Shown piece by piece: positions 18,181 to 27,191 of a stretch of 64,000 nucleotides of DNA. This DNA comes from an uncultured virus (IMG/VR IMGVR_UViG_3300037067_020175) (lineage: Duplodnaviria > Heunggongvirae > Uroviricota > Caudoviricetes). Under the pieces are notes generated by a model. It made no database searches and was not told the DNA's origin. It was given only the letters and a program-made list of their open reading frames with translations. The translations under genes were made by a program, and so were the position numbers. Location of the stretch: the IMG/VR virus record IMGVR_UViG_3300037067_020175, one strand, 5' to 3'. Each line of letters begins with the position of its first letter. The first letter of the stretch is position 1.

Positions 18181-18516
18181 TCACTTCTTTGGCGCGGTTT
18201 TCTTTGCGGGTTTCTTGACCGGATCTTTATCCGGTTCTTTAACCTCTACAACCTTGATGCCGTTGTATGAATACTTGTAGTCAATTCCGGGAAGGTCTGA
18301 CTCAACCTGCGCCACAAACATCAACGTGGATGCCCATTCCTGCTGTTCCTTTGTCAGTTCCGTGAACTTCTTATCACCCAGTTCCTCAAACATCTGTTCG
18401 TCGCGGTCATCGTCCAGATAACATTCGTCAATCTGTGAGGATGCCGATTTCAGATTGTTGATTTCAACTGTCACTTCAAATGATACATGTGTTGTGTCTT
18501 TCTTTTTTGCTGCCAT
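18181..18516 (-). CDS. Hypothetical protein (start corrected to MAAKKK)
   Basis: GAGGT SD; basic termini and acidic core. Confidence 0.7.
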   Translation of the reverse strand: MAAKKKDTTHVSFEVTVEINNLKSASSQIDECYLDDDRDEQMFEELGDKKFTELTKEQQEWASTLMFVAQVESDLPGIDYKYSYNGIKVVEVKEPDKDPVKKPAKKTAPKK

Positions 18517-18567
18517 GTTTAAAACCTCTTCCCAATCTTGAACGGGGCTCCCGCCAAAACTGGTAAC

Positions 18568-18612
18568 ACCGTGTGAGGGCATTGCACCCTCACGCCGCTT
18601 GCCGGTCACGGT
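18568..18612 (-). ncRNA. tRNA-like element
   Basis: ACCGTGA-CCG-GCAAG-CGG-CGT-GAGGG-TGCAATG-CCCTC-ACACGGT. Confidence 0.8.
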
Positions 18613-18630
18613 TACTTTCGATACACATCC

Positions 18631-19482
18631 TCACTTTTTAGGGCATGGCTCACCAAATGTCTCTTCATACTTGGCGATGTATTTCTCCATGTCTTCCCTG
18701 TAAGAATTGACATACCTCTGATGCTTCTGCATATTGCTGCGGCATCCTTCAACGAGTGCAAGTGCGGAACGTTTCTTTGCAAGAAGCTCTTGTGAATCCG
18801 ATTCTTTCTGTAACTTTCTGCGCACATTGAGGACGATATTTTTCGGATACAGGCACGAATCCGTTCCGTTAACGCTGGAGTAATACTGCGAGATTTCGTG
18901 TGTGATGTGACTCCAATTGCGGTAGTGTTTCTCATGCGATTCTGTAAACCCGTGTGTTAAGGTAATCACTCCAAATTTGTTATTGAACGTAGTGGATCGC
19001 TGCGGTCTTGGGACTTCGCGCAGCGATACATTCACCAGTGGTGACTTGTGAATACCCCTGACAACAGTATCGCTTTCCGATTTGTCCTTCCCATCCGGTT
19101 CTACAAATGTGATATGTGTGTATCCCCAATCTTCGAGAACACTCTTCACAGCGTTTCGCAGTTCTTCTGAGTAACCGCCCTCTTTAGCGGATGTGTAATG
19201 CACTTTCGACCCGTTGGCAATTGCATAATCCTTGTCGTCGAATTCCCTCACATCTCCGCGAATCAATGCGATATTCATAGATCCACCCTTTAATGCGAGG
19301 CAGGTCTCACTAAAACATTCGGTATGGGACGCACTATACCCACCGGAATCCCATTTTATCATATGAGACCCGCACGCCGGGCAGAGAACATCTTTATAGA
19401 TATTCCTACCGGATAACTTGTCGTATTCGCTCGTCCACAGTTTTGCCGGTTCGTGTCTGTAAATAATTGCCATTGTTTTCAC
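18631..19482 (-). CDS. Hypothetical protein with Zn ribbon and C-terminal coiled coil
   Basis: CPACG...CFSETC; 283 aa. Confidence 0.7.
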   Translation of the reverse strand: MKTMAIIYRHEPAKLWTSEYDKLSGRNIYKDVLCPACGSHMIKWDSGGYSASHTECFSETCLALKGGSMNIALIRGDVREFDDKDYAIANGSKVHYTSAKEGGYSEELRNAVKSVLEDWGYTHITFVEPDGKDKSESDTVVRGIHKSPLVNVSLREVPRPQRSTTFNNKFGVITLTHGFTESHEKHYRNWSHITHEISQYYSSVNGTDSCLYPKNIVLNVRRKLQKESDSQELLAKKRSALALVEGCRSNMQKHQRYVNSYREDMEKYIAKYEETFGEPCPKK

Positions 19483-19691
19483 TCCGTTTTCACAATCTTG
19501 TTGAACATTTCGAATATTTTCGCATTAGCCTGATAATGTAGACAATGTACATCAACTCTGAATACCCCATTGTGTGGTATCCAGCATTCACACGATTCGT
19601 CGCATTCCTGTCCCTCGCAAAATGCAGGGTGGTTTGATTTTGCAACCATTGCAAGAGCAGTTACACGAATTGCCATTCGTTTTGTTGCCAT
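19479..19691 (-). CDS. Small Cys-rich protein
   Basis: C.G.EC...C.CW. Confidence 0.6.
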   Translation of the reverse strand: MATKRMAIRVTALAMVAKSNHPAFCEGQECDESCECWIPHNGVFRVDVHCLHYQANAKIFEMFNKIVKTE

Positions 19692-19693
19692 AA

Positions 19694-21031
19694 TTACGAT
19701 TCACCACATAGTTCTTCGTAGTCATCCATCCATTCCTCTTTCATGAAGATCAAATTCCCGAATGTTCCAAGTATAGCCGAGAGATTTTCCCTCGTTGGAA
19801 TATATCTTGGAGTCTTCGAGTTAATTGCAAGTCTTAATGTCCCTTCTTCGAGATACCGGTTCAAGTTGTCAACGCTGATAGGCGCGATCTCATGTGCAAA
19901 CAATACCACTTCTCCGAGGTCTGTTTGATATGCAACCCTCGGAAGTCCGTAATAATGCTTGCCTTCGAGATATAAGTGGGCTGTTCCAACTTCACCCGGA
20001 AACAAAGGAATCTGTGTGTTTGGTGGACGCACAATCATGAACAATCCAGTATTGGAAGAATCGAGACTCTCAAGCATTCTTCGCAAAACATCAGCACTAT
20101 TAAGTTCAAGTGTGAGATCCATTCCATCCATATGCATACCAGTGAATCCGGAATATGCCTGATCTAAACCCATGAGAACATCACGGATTCTGTCCCAGCT
20201 TTTTAATCCCATGAATCCAATATCTTTGAAACTCTGGATCTTGTATAGTGACCGACGAATCTTTTTCTGACCACGCGTTTTGTAAATATCCAGTCCGTCG
20301 TCCGATTCGATATCCGGTATTATTTTTTCGGATATAAGATCTTCAAACTCAAGTCCCTCGAACATTGATTTGTTGACAATTTTCCAGTCAGCTTCATCTG
20401 CAAGATTATACAGGTTATCGGCAATTTCCGTCAGGGGATTGGCAACCTCATCGATCTTTCCACTCCCGCCAAGTTCTGCGATTTTCTTATCGAGTGGAAT
20501 CGATCCAAGCAACTTCAGTCCGAGAACTTCTCCGTCGGAATACTCCCCGAATACATCACCAGACATATTTTGGATTACGCCAGCAATAGGAATATTGTGG
20601 TTTGTCCACAATAACGAAGTTCTCTTCGCATCCTCTTCGCTGAGTTTGTTTGGTTGAATAACCAGAACAAAAAACGATGGTTTCATCAGGCTCACGAGCT
20701 CGAAGTGCGTGTCGTCAAGACCGGGTGGCATGTCGATTATAATCACATCCGGGTCTGACTCCTTTGCCTTATCAGATAGTTCTTTTACAACCCTTCGCAG
20801 GATTGCCCCTGAGAAGTCCAACAGACCACTTCTGTTGAACCCTACCGAAAAGATTGCGAGATTGTCCAGATTACTTCTCTGACCAAAAAGAACAGGGATA
20901 GAAGGCGTGTTGATATCGAGATCAACCAAGTTCACCCGGTGTGACTTCGCGAGTGCTAATGCCAAGAGAGATGCCACGGTTGACTTACCAACCCCACCTT
21001 TCCCGGAGTAGACCACGATTACTTTTGTCAT
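19694..21031 (-). CDS. Mrp/MinD/ParA-family P-loop ATPase with long C-terminal extension
   Basis: SGKGGVGKST, DLDINTPS, IDMPPG and GVIQNMS. Confidence 0.85.
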   Translation of the reverse strand: MTKVIVVYSGKGGVGKSTVASLLALALAKSHRVNLVDLDINTPSIPVLFGQRSNLDNLAIFSVGFNRSGLLDFSGAILRRVVKELSDKAKESDPDVIIIDMPPGLDDTHFELVSLMKPSFFVLVIQPNKLSEEDAKRTSLLWTNHNIPIAGVIQNMSGDVFGEYSDGEVLGLKLLGSIPLDKKIAELGGSGKIDEVANPLTEIADNLYNLADEADWKIVNKSMFEGLEFEDLISEKIIPDIESDDGLDIYKTRGQKKIRRSLYKIQSFKDIGFMGLKSWDRIRDVLMGLDQAYSGFTGMHMDGMDLTLELNSADVLRRMLESLDSSNTGLFMIVRPPNTQIPLFPGEVGTAHLYLEGKHYYGLPRVAYQTDLGEVVLFAHEIAPISVDNLNRYLEEGTLRLAINSKTPRYIPTRENLSAILGTFGNLIFMKEEWMDDYEELCGES

Positions 21032-21067
21032 ATCTTTTTTTCACCTCTCACCAGTTAATACTGGTAT

Positions 21068-21112
21068 ACCGTGTGAAGGCATTGCACCTTCACGCCGCTT
21101 GTCGGTCACGGT
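21068..21112 (-). ncRNA. tRNA-like element
   Basis: ACCGTGA-CCG-ACAAG-CGG-CGT-GAAGG-TGCAATG-CCTTC-ACACGGT; overlaps the upstream TAA. Confidence 0.8.
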
Positions 21113-21393
21113 TATTTCTTTACTTGAACGGGGATCTTCGCGACTTCAGCCATCGACGGCATCCCTTTGTATCGTCCTCGTTCCGGCTCGTGGAATCTCA
21201 CCTTCATATTCCTTTTAGAACCGAAAGCCTTGTCTGCAAGTGCAGGAGTCCCACACCACGTTATCGCAAACAGGGGAGTTCCTTCTGGTTCGTAAGCCCA
21301 CCTACCAACAATCACATGGGTATACGTCCTATGCGATGTGCGCGTGAACGTCTGCCCGTTGTGTTCAGCAATATACTCGAATTTCTTCACCAT
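21112..21393 (-). CDS. Hypothetical protein
   Basis: GAGGT SD. Confidence 0.7.
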   Translation of the reverse strand: MVKKFEYIAEHNGQTFTRTSHRTYTHVIVGRWAYEPEGTPLFAITWCGTPALADKAFGSKRNMKVRFHEPERGRYKGMPSMAEVAKIPVQVKK

Positions 21394-21403
21394 GATTTGT
21401 ACC

Positions 21404-21601
21404 TCACTTTATTTTTTCTCCTTTCATGGGAAAATCCTTACTATGGACAACATACACAGACATCTTTGTTATCACCGAAGTGTCTGGCTCCCCAAAAATT
21501 GCATCAAGCTCGTCGCGCATCATCCGGGCATATCTCAACGATGTGGTAATATACTCAGATTTTGACAATATACCACTCACTTCTTTCAGATTTGTGCTCA
21601 C
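21404..21601 (-). CDS. Hypothetical protein
   Basis: GAGGTGA SD; GTG start. Confidence 0.65.
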   Translation of the reverse strand: MSTNLKEVSGILSKSEYITTSLRYARMMRDELDAIFGEPDTSVITKMSVYVVHSKDFPMKGEKIK

Positions 21602-21633
21602 AATGTCACCTCTCTATCCCAATCTCTGGGAAT

Positions 21634-21683
21634 CCAGCAGCCGGGAGTCGAACCCGGAGAAACCGCAGCTAGCATTCTGCTGG
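21634..21683 (-). ncRNA. tRNA-like minihelix with canonical 7+5 bp geometry
   Basis: CCAGCAG...CCGGG-TTCGACT-CCCGG-CTGCTGG. Confidence 0.8.
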
Positions 21684-21692
21684 TAAAAAAAA

Positions 21693-22319
21693 TTATTCTT
21701 TGAATTTAAATTGGTCGCACCGCTTTGTCGCCGGGTCTTTGTCGAACCGGTGACCCTTCGGATTGCTGGAGCATTGTAGTGATGGGTTGGTGAAAGGACT
21801 GAATGCGCACACTCTGCACAACTGTAGACCCGGAAGATAAGGTATCCGCCGCGCTTGCGCGGGGTCTCCTACCATTACCGGTGCCTTTGCAGGTGCGGGT
21901 GTATTCTGCGCAGGTGCTCCAACAGGAGCTACCATTACAGGTGCAACCATAGGTGCAGGTGTTGGTGGAACGGGTGGTCTTGGAGGTGGTGCCTCAATAA
22001 CCGGTTCCTGTGCCTGTGTTGCAGGTGGTGTAAGAGGTGTTTCCACCTCTTCGTCCTGAAGCTCCTGCGCGATAACCGGAACAATTGAGACCACTCCATC
22101 GGAAAGCAGTTCCATTTTAACAGCAGTCGGGAACCTGACAACGACATGCGCCGGTGACGGGCATATCATTATAGTCTTGTGGACTTTCGACACCCGTTTC
22201 TCATCGACAGTTGTGTATAAAACAAGGTATGCATTGAGAGGTGATGCTCTATCATTGCACCTCTTCTCAAAGTCCTTCATCTCGTCGTAGACACTCTGTG
22301 ATCCTGTTGCGCAAGTCAT
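21693..22319 (-). CDS. Hypothetical protein with Pro/Ala-rich linker and C-terminal Cys motif
   Basis: PPPRPPVPPTPAP; CRVC...C...C. Confidence 0.7.
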   Translation of the reverse strand: MTCATGSQSVYDEMKDFEKRCNDRASPLNAYLVLYTTVDEKRVSKVHKTIMICPSPAHVVVRFPTAVKMELLSDGVVSIVPVIAQELQDEEVETPLTPPATQAQEPVIEAPPPRPPVPPTPAPMVAPVMVAPVGAPAQNTPAPAKAPVMVGDPAQARRIPYLPGLQLCRVCAFSPFTNPSLQCSSNPKGHRFDKDPATKRCDQFKFKE

Positions 22320-23200
22320 TATACCCTGTCCTGTGGCATTGCCACTTCAAGAACCGGCACAACCGGTGTGATCACTTCGGTCATGTTCAGGAACTTGGAT
22401 GAAATGTCATCGATCTTGTTCCTGATGTCAGGAGAAAGTTTGTCGTTGTGTGACGTGTAGTAGGATGCAGCATTGTAGAGATCCCACCGTGATGGTTCGA
22501 GGGATGTAATCTGCTCGACAATCTTCTTGATGTGCCGGTCGGTTATACCCTCGTAGACAACACCCATTGTTGCATCGACAGACTCCACACTTTCAAAGAC
22601 CACTTTTGAGGACATTGCCTCGTTAATGGCTTCCTGTAGATACCCCGCCTTCTCCAAGAGTCCATATGCAAACTTGGTGATGACATTTGGAACGCGCACA
22701 GTCATGTCCTGAGTGTGCCATTCGTGGATTTCGAATTGCGGAAGGATAGATGTTGCCTTCGCACCGTTAGCACATACCAGCCGGACTGTGTATCCATCCC
22801 CACGGAATGCAATTTTCCTGTCCATTGCATTTTCGAGGTGGAATCCAAGCTCTACGATACTGTCTTTCCCGTCAACGAGACCGACACCATCAAACATACC
22901 AGTGAGGTATGCGCGGTCTCCCCACGTCTTGACATTCCCATGAATACCAGCACCCATTGTCTGAATTGCATCTGCTGCAAATCCGAATGCTGTTTTGTGG
23001 TCAAACACTGGATAGTCGAGTGATGTTGCCATGCACTGCCGACCACGGGATGTGTTTGTCATGATACCGACCTTTCCGGTCAATCCATCCACGTATTTTT
23101 CGTGGTAGACTACTGCCGGAAGAACCTCGTAGGAATCCATTCCTTCGAGGATAGTTCTGAGTTCCCCAACATTTGAGAACTTCTGGGTTGTAGTTTCCAT
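22319..23200 (-). CDS. DUF932-like protein
   Basis: Y.VFDH, RLVCANG and WDLYNAAS motifs; GAGGTGA SD. Confidence 0.7.
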   Translation of the reverse strand: METTTQKFSNVGELRTILEGMDSYEVLPAVVYHEKYVDGLTGKVGIMTNTSRGRQCMATSLDYPVFDHKTAFGFAADAIQTMGAGIHGNVKTWGDRAYLTGMFDGVGLVDGKDSIVELGFHLENAMDRKIAFRGDGYTVRLVCANGAKATSILPQFEIHEWHTQDMTVRVPNVITKFAYGLLEKAGYLQEAINEAMSSKVVFESVESVDATMGVVYEGITDRHIKKIVEQITSLEPSRWDLYNAASYYTSHNDKLSPDIRNKIDDISSKFLNMTEVITPVVPVLEVAMPQDRV

Positions 23201-23255
23201 TTTTCTTCACCTCTTTTACCAGTTTTGAACGGGATTTCCCGTCAAAACCGGTTAC

Positions 23256-23299
23256 ACCGTGTGAGGGATTCGCACCCTCGCACCCTTATCAGTCACGGT
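23256..23299 (-). ncRNA. tRNA-like element
   Basis: ACCGTGA-CTGATAAGGGTGC-GAGGG-TGCGAAT-CCCTC-ACACGGT. Confidence 0.8.
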
Positions 23300-23553
23300 T
23301 AGAAATTCCGAGTGCACTGATTCTGGAATTCTGCAATTGCCTTTTTAGATGGGGATTTCCAGTTTAAAATCTTTCCAGTGCTGAGCTCGATGTCGAGTTC
23401 TACATAGTCACCGAAGTGTTGACCGGGCATTATAGAAGGGACATACCCTGCATACATGCCACCAATCTGTTTTCCGGTTTTGTCGTGCAATGTTGCCGCA
23501 AACATGTCGCTGCATTTCGCATTGATTCGTATTTCTTTAATTTCGTCTGCCAT
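23299..23553 (-). CDS. Hypothetical phage-type protein (start MADEIK)
   Basis: AKCSD.F...GYVP..MPG.H.GDYVELDI...TGKILNW. Confidence 0.7.
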   Translation of the reverse strand: MADEIKEIRINAKCSDMFAATLHDKTGKQIGGMYAGYVPSIMPGQHFGDYVELDIELSTGKILNWKSPSKKAIAEFQNQCTRNF

Positions 23554-23580
23554 ATTTTCACTCAAGCCCAATTGGGCTTA

Positions 23581-23626
23581 AACCGTGTGAGGGATTCGCA
23601 CCCTCACACCCTTATCGGTCACGGTT
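23581..23626 (-). ncRNA. tRNA-like element
   Basis: AACCGTGA-CCGATAAGGGTGT-GAGGG-TGCGAAT-CCCTC-ACACGGTT. Confidence 0.8.
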
Positions 23627-23917
23627 TGCGGTTTCCCGCATTCGGTTTAGCCCAGCGCATGGGATGAATTTTACCGGACATGAAGTCCTCTACCAGATTC
23701 TTGCGATGTCTCGTATTTACAATCACACCGTCTGGTCTTTTTGCGAACATCCGGTCACCTCACTGAACTTTGGATGATTTTATCCAGTATTCTTCCTTGA
23801 GAATGGTGAACATTATCTCCCGTTCTTTCCCGGCTCCACGGTCTGCTTCTATCCGTAGGAATCCGAGGTTTGGTGAGAAAATCTCGTCACCTATTCTGAC
23901 ACCTTTTTTCACTTTAG

Positions 23918-24079
23918 TCATTCGACCTTCTCCACTTTAATATTCGCAAGCTGGAGAGCGGCACCGTGCCTGTCATAGAACGGTTGTAATGCCATCCTGA
24001 ACAGGTGCTGGACTTCCTGATATGGTGGAAGTAACAGTTTATCCGTCCGTACTTCTACGGAAATTTTCCAAACTACCAT
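23918..24079 (-). CDS. Small hypothetical protein (start MVVWK)
   Basis: GAGGTGA SD after hairpin. Confidence 0.6.
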   Translation of the reverse strand: MVVWKISVEVRTDKLLLPPYQEVQHLFRMALQPFYDRHGAALQLANIKVEKVE

Positions 24080-24110
24080 GTCTTTCACCTCGTAGCCCAT
24101 CAGGGCTAAA

Positions 24111-24157
24111 ATCGTGCGCTGGCTTTGCACCCAGCTCGCCGCTTGAACGGTCACGAT
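24111..24157 (-). ncRNA. tRNA-like element
   Basis: ATCGTG...GCTGG-GTGCAAAG-CCAGC-G-CACGAT. Confidence 0.7.
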
Positions 24158-24164
24158 GAAAAAT

Positions 24165-24389
24165 TTACATATCGATTCTTACTGAATCAGAATCGGTATA
24201 CGTCAGGATTATGCTGTAGTATTTCTTCAGCCAGTTCATGAAGTGATTGAATTCGTATGCCTTACCCTGAGTTACGCAATGCGTCCTGAATATGGACAGT
24301 AAAACTCTCATCCTGTCCGGGGAAGTATTCGCATCCACTTCTCGCGGTTCTCCGTTTGTATCATAGATATCAAATCTCATGGTATACAC
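24165..24389 (-). CDS. Hypothetical protein
   Basis: AGGTG SD suggests start at MRFDIY. Confidence 0.6.
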   Translation of the reverse strand: MYTMRFDIYDTNGEPREVDANTSPDRMRVLLSIFRTHCVTQGKAYEFNHFMNWLKKYYSIILTYTDSDSVRIDM

Positions 24390-24487
24390 CTTCGTTTCGG
24401 GTCATAGTCAGCCAAATGTGGTCAGGTTTTGCCGCCTGAGCTCGTTATCAGCCTCTACATACCCGCTCATAGCCCCATAGGGCTAAA

Positions 24488-24533
24488 TCCGTGTGAGGGC
24501 ATCGCACCCTCTCTGATGCTGATTATTCACGGA
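24488..24533 (-). ncRNA. tRNA-like element
   Basis: TCCGTG...GAGGG-TGCGATG-CCCTC-A-CACGGA. Confidence 0.75.
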
Positions 24534-24705
24534 GATTCGAGATGACAATTTCGACTGGCATCGGGCATTTCTGGTCACGAACCAGTGCAATATATTTCCC
24601 ACTGAGCGTACCATCGCCATACCCTACATACTGGGTGAACATACACCCTTCCGGAGAATGTCCACAATATCTTCCAAGATTGCAATTTGCCATTTCAGTC
24701 CTCAT
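24523..24705 (-). CDS. Small Cys-containing protein
   Basis: 60-aa ORF whose stop lies inside the tRNA-like element. Confidence 0.5.
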   Translation of the reverse strand: MRTEMANCNLGRYCGHSPEGCMFTQYVGYGDGTLSGKYIALVRDQKCPMPVEIVISNLRE

Positions 24706-24867
24706 TAGCCATGCGGATTAACTCTTTTCCAATCTCAATCAGTCCTTCGCGCGTGAATGTGCCATCATTCCAGATGGCTTTGCACAGTGCGGATTGTTTT
24801 TGCGCGAAAAAGTAGTTAGCGCCCGATATTACATCCCCAGCGTCTGACTTGAAACTGATATCACACT

Positions 24868-25050
24868 TCATAAATTTTCTCCTCGTAAATCATATTCCGA
24901 ATCTGTGAAGATTTCTGGTCGGAATTTTGATTCTACACTTGCAACACAGTCGTTGCAAACCCTGCGAACTGGTATCCCTCTGGCATCACTAATCCAAGAA
25001 GAAGGCTTTCCACTACCGCATGGGCATGGTTTTGTGTCGTAAAGTCCCAT
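24868..25050 (-). CDS. Small SEC-C-like Zn-binding protein
   Basis: PCPCGSGK...CNDC; AGGTGA SD. Confidence 0.7.
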   Translation of the reverse strand: MGLYDTKPCPCGSGKPSSWISDARGIPVRRVCNDCVASVESKFRPEIFTDSEYDLRGENL

Positions 25051-25083
25051 TCTTTTTTCACCTATAGCCCATCAGGGCTAAAA

Positions 25084-25129
25084 CCGTGTGCAGGGCATTG
25101 AACCCTGCAAGCTGCCTACTCAGTTACGG
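25084..25129 (-). ncRNA. tRNA-like element
   Basis: CCGT-AA-CTG-AGTAGG-CAG-CT-TGCAGGG-TTCAATG-CCCTGCA-C-ACGG. Confidence 0.75.
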
Positions 25130-25559
25130 CAGGTCTCAGGGTGTAAATTCCCCAAAACCTTTCCCACCGGTCACCATCACACATCCGGTAGCATCCGGGC
25201 TGACGTGCTGGTTCCTCTGATGGGTCTTTGAACAGTCGAATAACTTCGTGTCCTTCCTCATCAATCTCAGGTGGCTCTACTTGTCGCACATCTTTTGCAT
25301 GCGAGATAACTGTTTTCAAGTCGAAACCTTCAGAGTGGACAAAAATTGCATTTCCGAGAGCAGTCGGATTGCAACCAAACCCGCCACCGTTGCATACAGA
25401 GTACGCATATTGCCCATATTTTGGGTGACCCGGATTTTCAACTCGCATGCGGAGTATGTCTCCCGCTTTGAGTTCCTGTCCGTACTTCCATACCATGCCT
25501 TCCGGGGTTTCCTCTACCGCATCGGGCATCGCGATTTTGATTGGTTTTGCCTTTGCCAT
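25116..25559 (-). CDS. Hypothetical protein
   Basis: GGFGCNP.A.G.AIF motif; AGGTGA SD. Confidence 0.7.
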   Translation of the reverse strand: MAKAKPIKIAMPDAVEETPEGMVWKYGQELKAGDILRMRVENPGHPKYGQYAYSVCNGGGFGCNPTALGNAIFVHSEGFDLKTVISHAKDVRQVEPPEIDEEGHEVIRLFKDPSEEPARQPGCYRMCDGDRWERFWGIYTLRPAVTE

Positions 25560-25592
25560 TTACTTTTTCACCTTTCCCACCCTGTGGGGAAA

Positions 25593-25641
25593 ACCATATG
25601 CAGGGCATCGCACCCTGCACAGCCGCTTAATCGGTTATGGT
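25593..25641 (-). ncRNA. tRNA-like element
   Basis: ACCATA...CAGGG-TGCGATG-CCCTG-CA-TATGGT; outer stem doubly compensated. Confidence 0.8.
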
Positions 25642-25684
25642 ATAATTTGATTCGAAGACGTGCAATCCGATATCTTTCACTTTT

Positions 25685-25951
25685 TCACACTTTCTTGATA
25701 AATCGTATGACGTATAGTCGTGGTGCTTGTCCAGCAACCCTGACCACTTCATCAGGTTTTTCGGAATTTGTATAGAATCCGAGTGGTGTGAATTGTTTCG
25801 TGGTCTTGACTATGTTGAAAGACCAGTGCGAAGTATCCATATTGTGATACATTTCGCCGTTAATGATATCCACTTTATCATACGAGTTTATCTTCCAGTT
25901 TTCCTCACTCATCGGTGGCTGGATATCCTCATATTTTACGAGTTTTGACAT
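25685..25951 (-). CDS. Hypothetical protein (start MSKLVKY)
   Basis: AGGTGA SD. Confidence 0.65.
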   Translation of the reverse strand: MSKLVKYEDIQPPMSEENWKINSYDKVDIINGEMYHNMDTSHWSFNIVKTTKQFTPLGFYTNSEKPDEVVRVAGQAPRLYVIRFIKKV

Positions 25952-25979
25952 TCCTTTTTCACCTTTCCCATCATGGGAA

Positions 25980-26025
25980 AACCGTGTGAGGGATTCGAAC
26001 CCTCGCACTCTCATCAGTCACGGTT
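25980..26025 (-). ncRNA. tRNA-like element
   Basis: AACCGTGA...GAGGG-TTCGAAT-CCCTC-ACACGGTT. Confidence 0.8.
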
Positions 26026-26245
26026 AATATTTATCGACATGAAGTCCGTTTTTCGTCATGCTCACTTTATACCCACAGGATTGCAGGTATGAAATTGCCT
26101 TCGAAGGACATTCTTTGATAATAAGCGCACCATTGTGGACGCGGTTTGATTCGTCAACGTATCCAATCTGCACGGTTATTGGAGATGTTGTCATTTGAAC
26201 ATCTGCCAGAATACCCAATGCTTCCCTGACTTCTGATACATTCAT
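26024..26245 (-). CDS. Hypothetical protein (start MNVSEV)
   Basis: AGGTGA SD; TAA overlaps the next element. Confidence 0.65.
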   Translation of the reverse strand: MNVSEVREALGILADVQMTTSPITVQIGYVDESNRVHNGALIIKECPSKAISYLQSCGYKVSMTKNGLHVDKY

Positions 26246-26274
26246 TTCCTTTTTCACCTTTCCCATCATGGGAA

Positions 26275-26319
26275 AACCGTGTGGGGGATTCGAACCCCCG
26301 GCACACCATTGTCACGGTT
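26275..26319 (-). ncRNA. tRNA-like element
   Basis: AACCGTGA-CAATGGTGTGCC-GGGGG-TTCGAAT-CCCCC-ACACGGTT. Confidence 0.8.
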
Positions 26320-26331
26320 GTTTTGTTCTCA

Positions 26332-26772
26332 TCACATCGCCGAATAGAACTTGATCTCGCCGGGCTCTTGGTTGCAACCCTGAGAGATTCTTGTCTCATC
26401 GACAAACCTTGTCATTTCGTCTTCTGAGTATGTAGTGATGCGCTTGCGGTCAAGACCCTTCAGCGAAGACTCGGAATTGTATGCATCGCACAGGAGTCCA
26501 AGATCACGGTAATTCATAAGACAAACTGTGGGAGTTTCCCCGTATGCCTTCTTGAATAACATCACTTCATTCCTGAATGTTTCCAGAATCTTATCTCTGC
26601 GCTGGTATTTCAGTTCTTGCCGGATGCTTTCGATTTTCTCTTCCAGCTTTTCTATCTGGCGGGACATGCGCTTTGGCATATCATCAGAGAAGAGGTCTTT
26701 GTTTCCGGGTACTGAACATGTTAATTTGCCTTCGACAATCTGACAAACCTTTGAAGTCTTTGAGTTTAACAT
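26332..26772 (-). CDS. Hypothetical protein, first gene of the left arm (start MLNSKTS)
   Basis: AGGTGA SD after hairpin. Confidence 0.7.
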   Translation of the reverse strand: MLNSKTSKVCQIVEGKLTCSVPGNKDLFSDDMPKRMSRQIEKLEEKIESIRQELKYQRRDKILETFRNEVMLFKKAYGETPTVCLMNYRDLGLLCDAYNSESSLKGLDRKRITTYSEDEMTRFVDETRISQGCNQEPGEIKFYSAM

Positions 26773-26805
26773 TCTCTTTTCACCTTTCCCATCAATGTGG
26801 GAAAC

Positions 26806-26838
26806 ACCACTGGAAGGCAATGAACCTATCACAGTGGT
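26806..26838 (-). ncRNA. Reduced tRNA-like element
   Basis: ACCACTG-TGAT-AGG-TTCATTG-CCT-TC-CAGTGGT, then hairpin and SD. Confidence 0.5.
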
Positions 26839-27191
26839 CAAAAGAATAAAATTTAAGGAGTTGTGCCTGAACCAGTTCGAATCCGTTAAAAACGCCGTAA
26901 AAAAGCCACGGGAAGTATACCGGGTATCTTCTCCCGGTTCAGTTTTCACACTCTTCCATTCTCACCAGTGACATCGCGGATGCATCGGTTATCATCGGTT
27001 CGAAGGTTATCGCCCTTCTCCCCCTAAACCGTGCATGGCTTAGGTGTCAGGTATTTCCCCGTGGTGCATTGCACTCTGTGGTACTGTCCCGTGTAATTTG
27101 GAGGGACTGTCGGTTTGTGATAGGATTATACCCCTGTTACCTCGTTTAGCACTGAGAATGTGCATTCCTTTTCGGGAATCGAGAGAACCAC

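Noticed and set aside
18568..26319. Repeats read as a CRISPR array
   Set aside because: Copies are separated by whole genes, vary with structural compensation, and no cas genes are present
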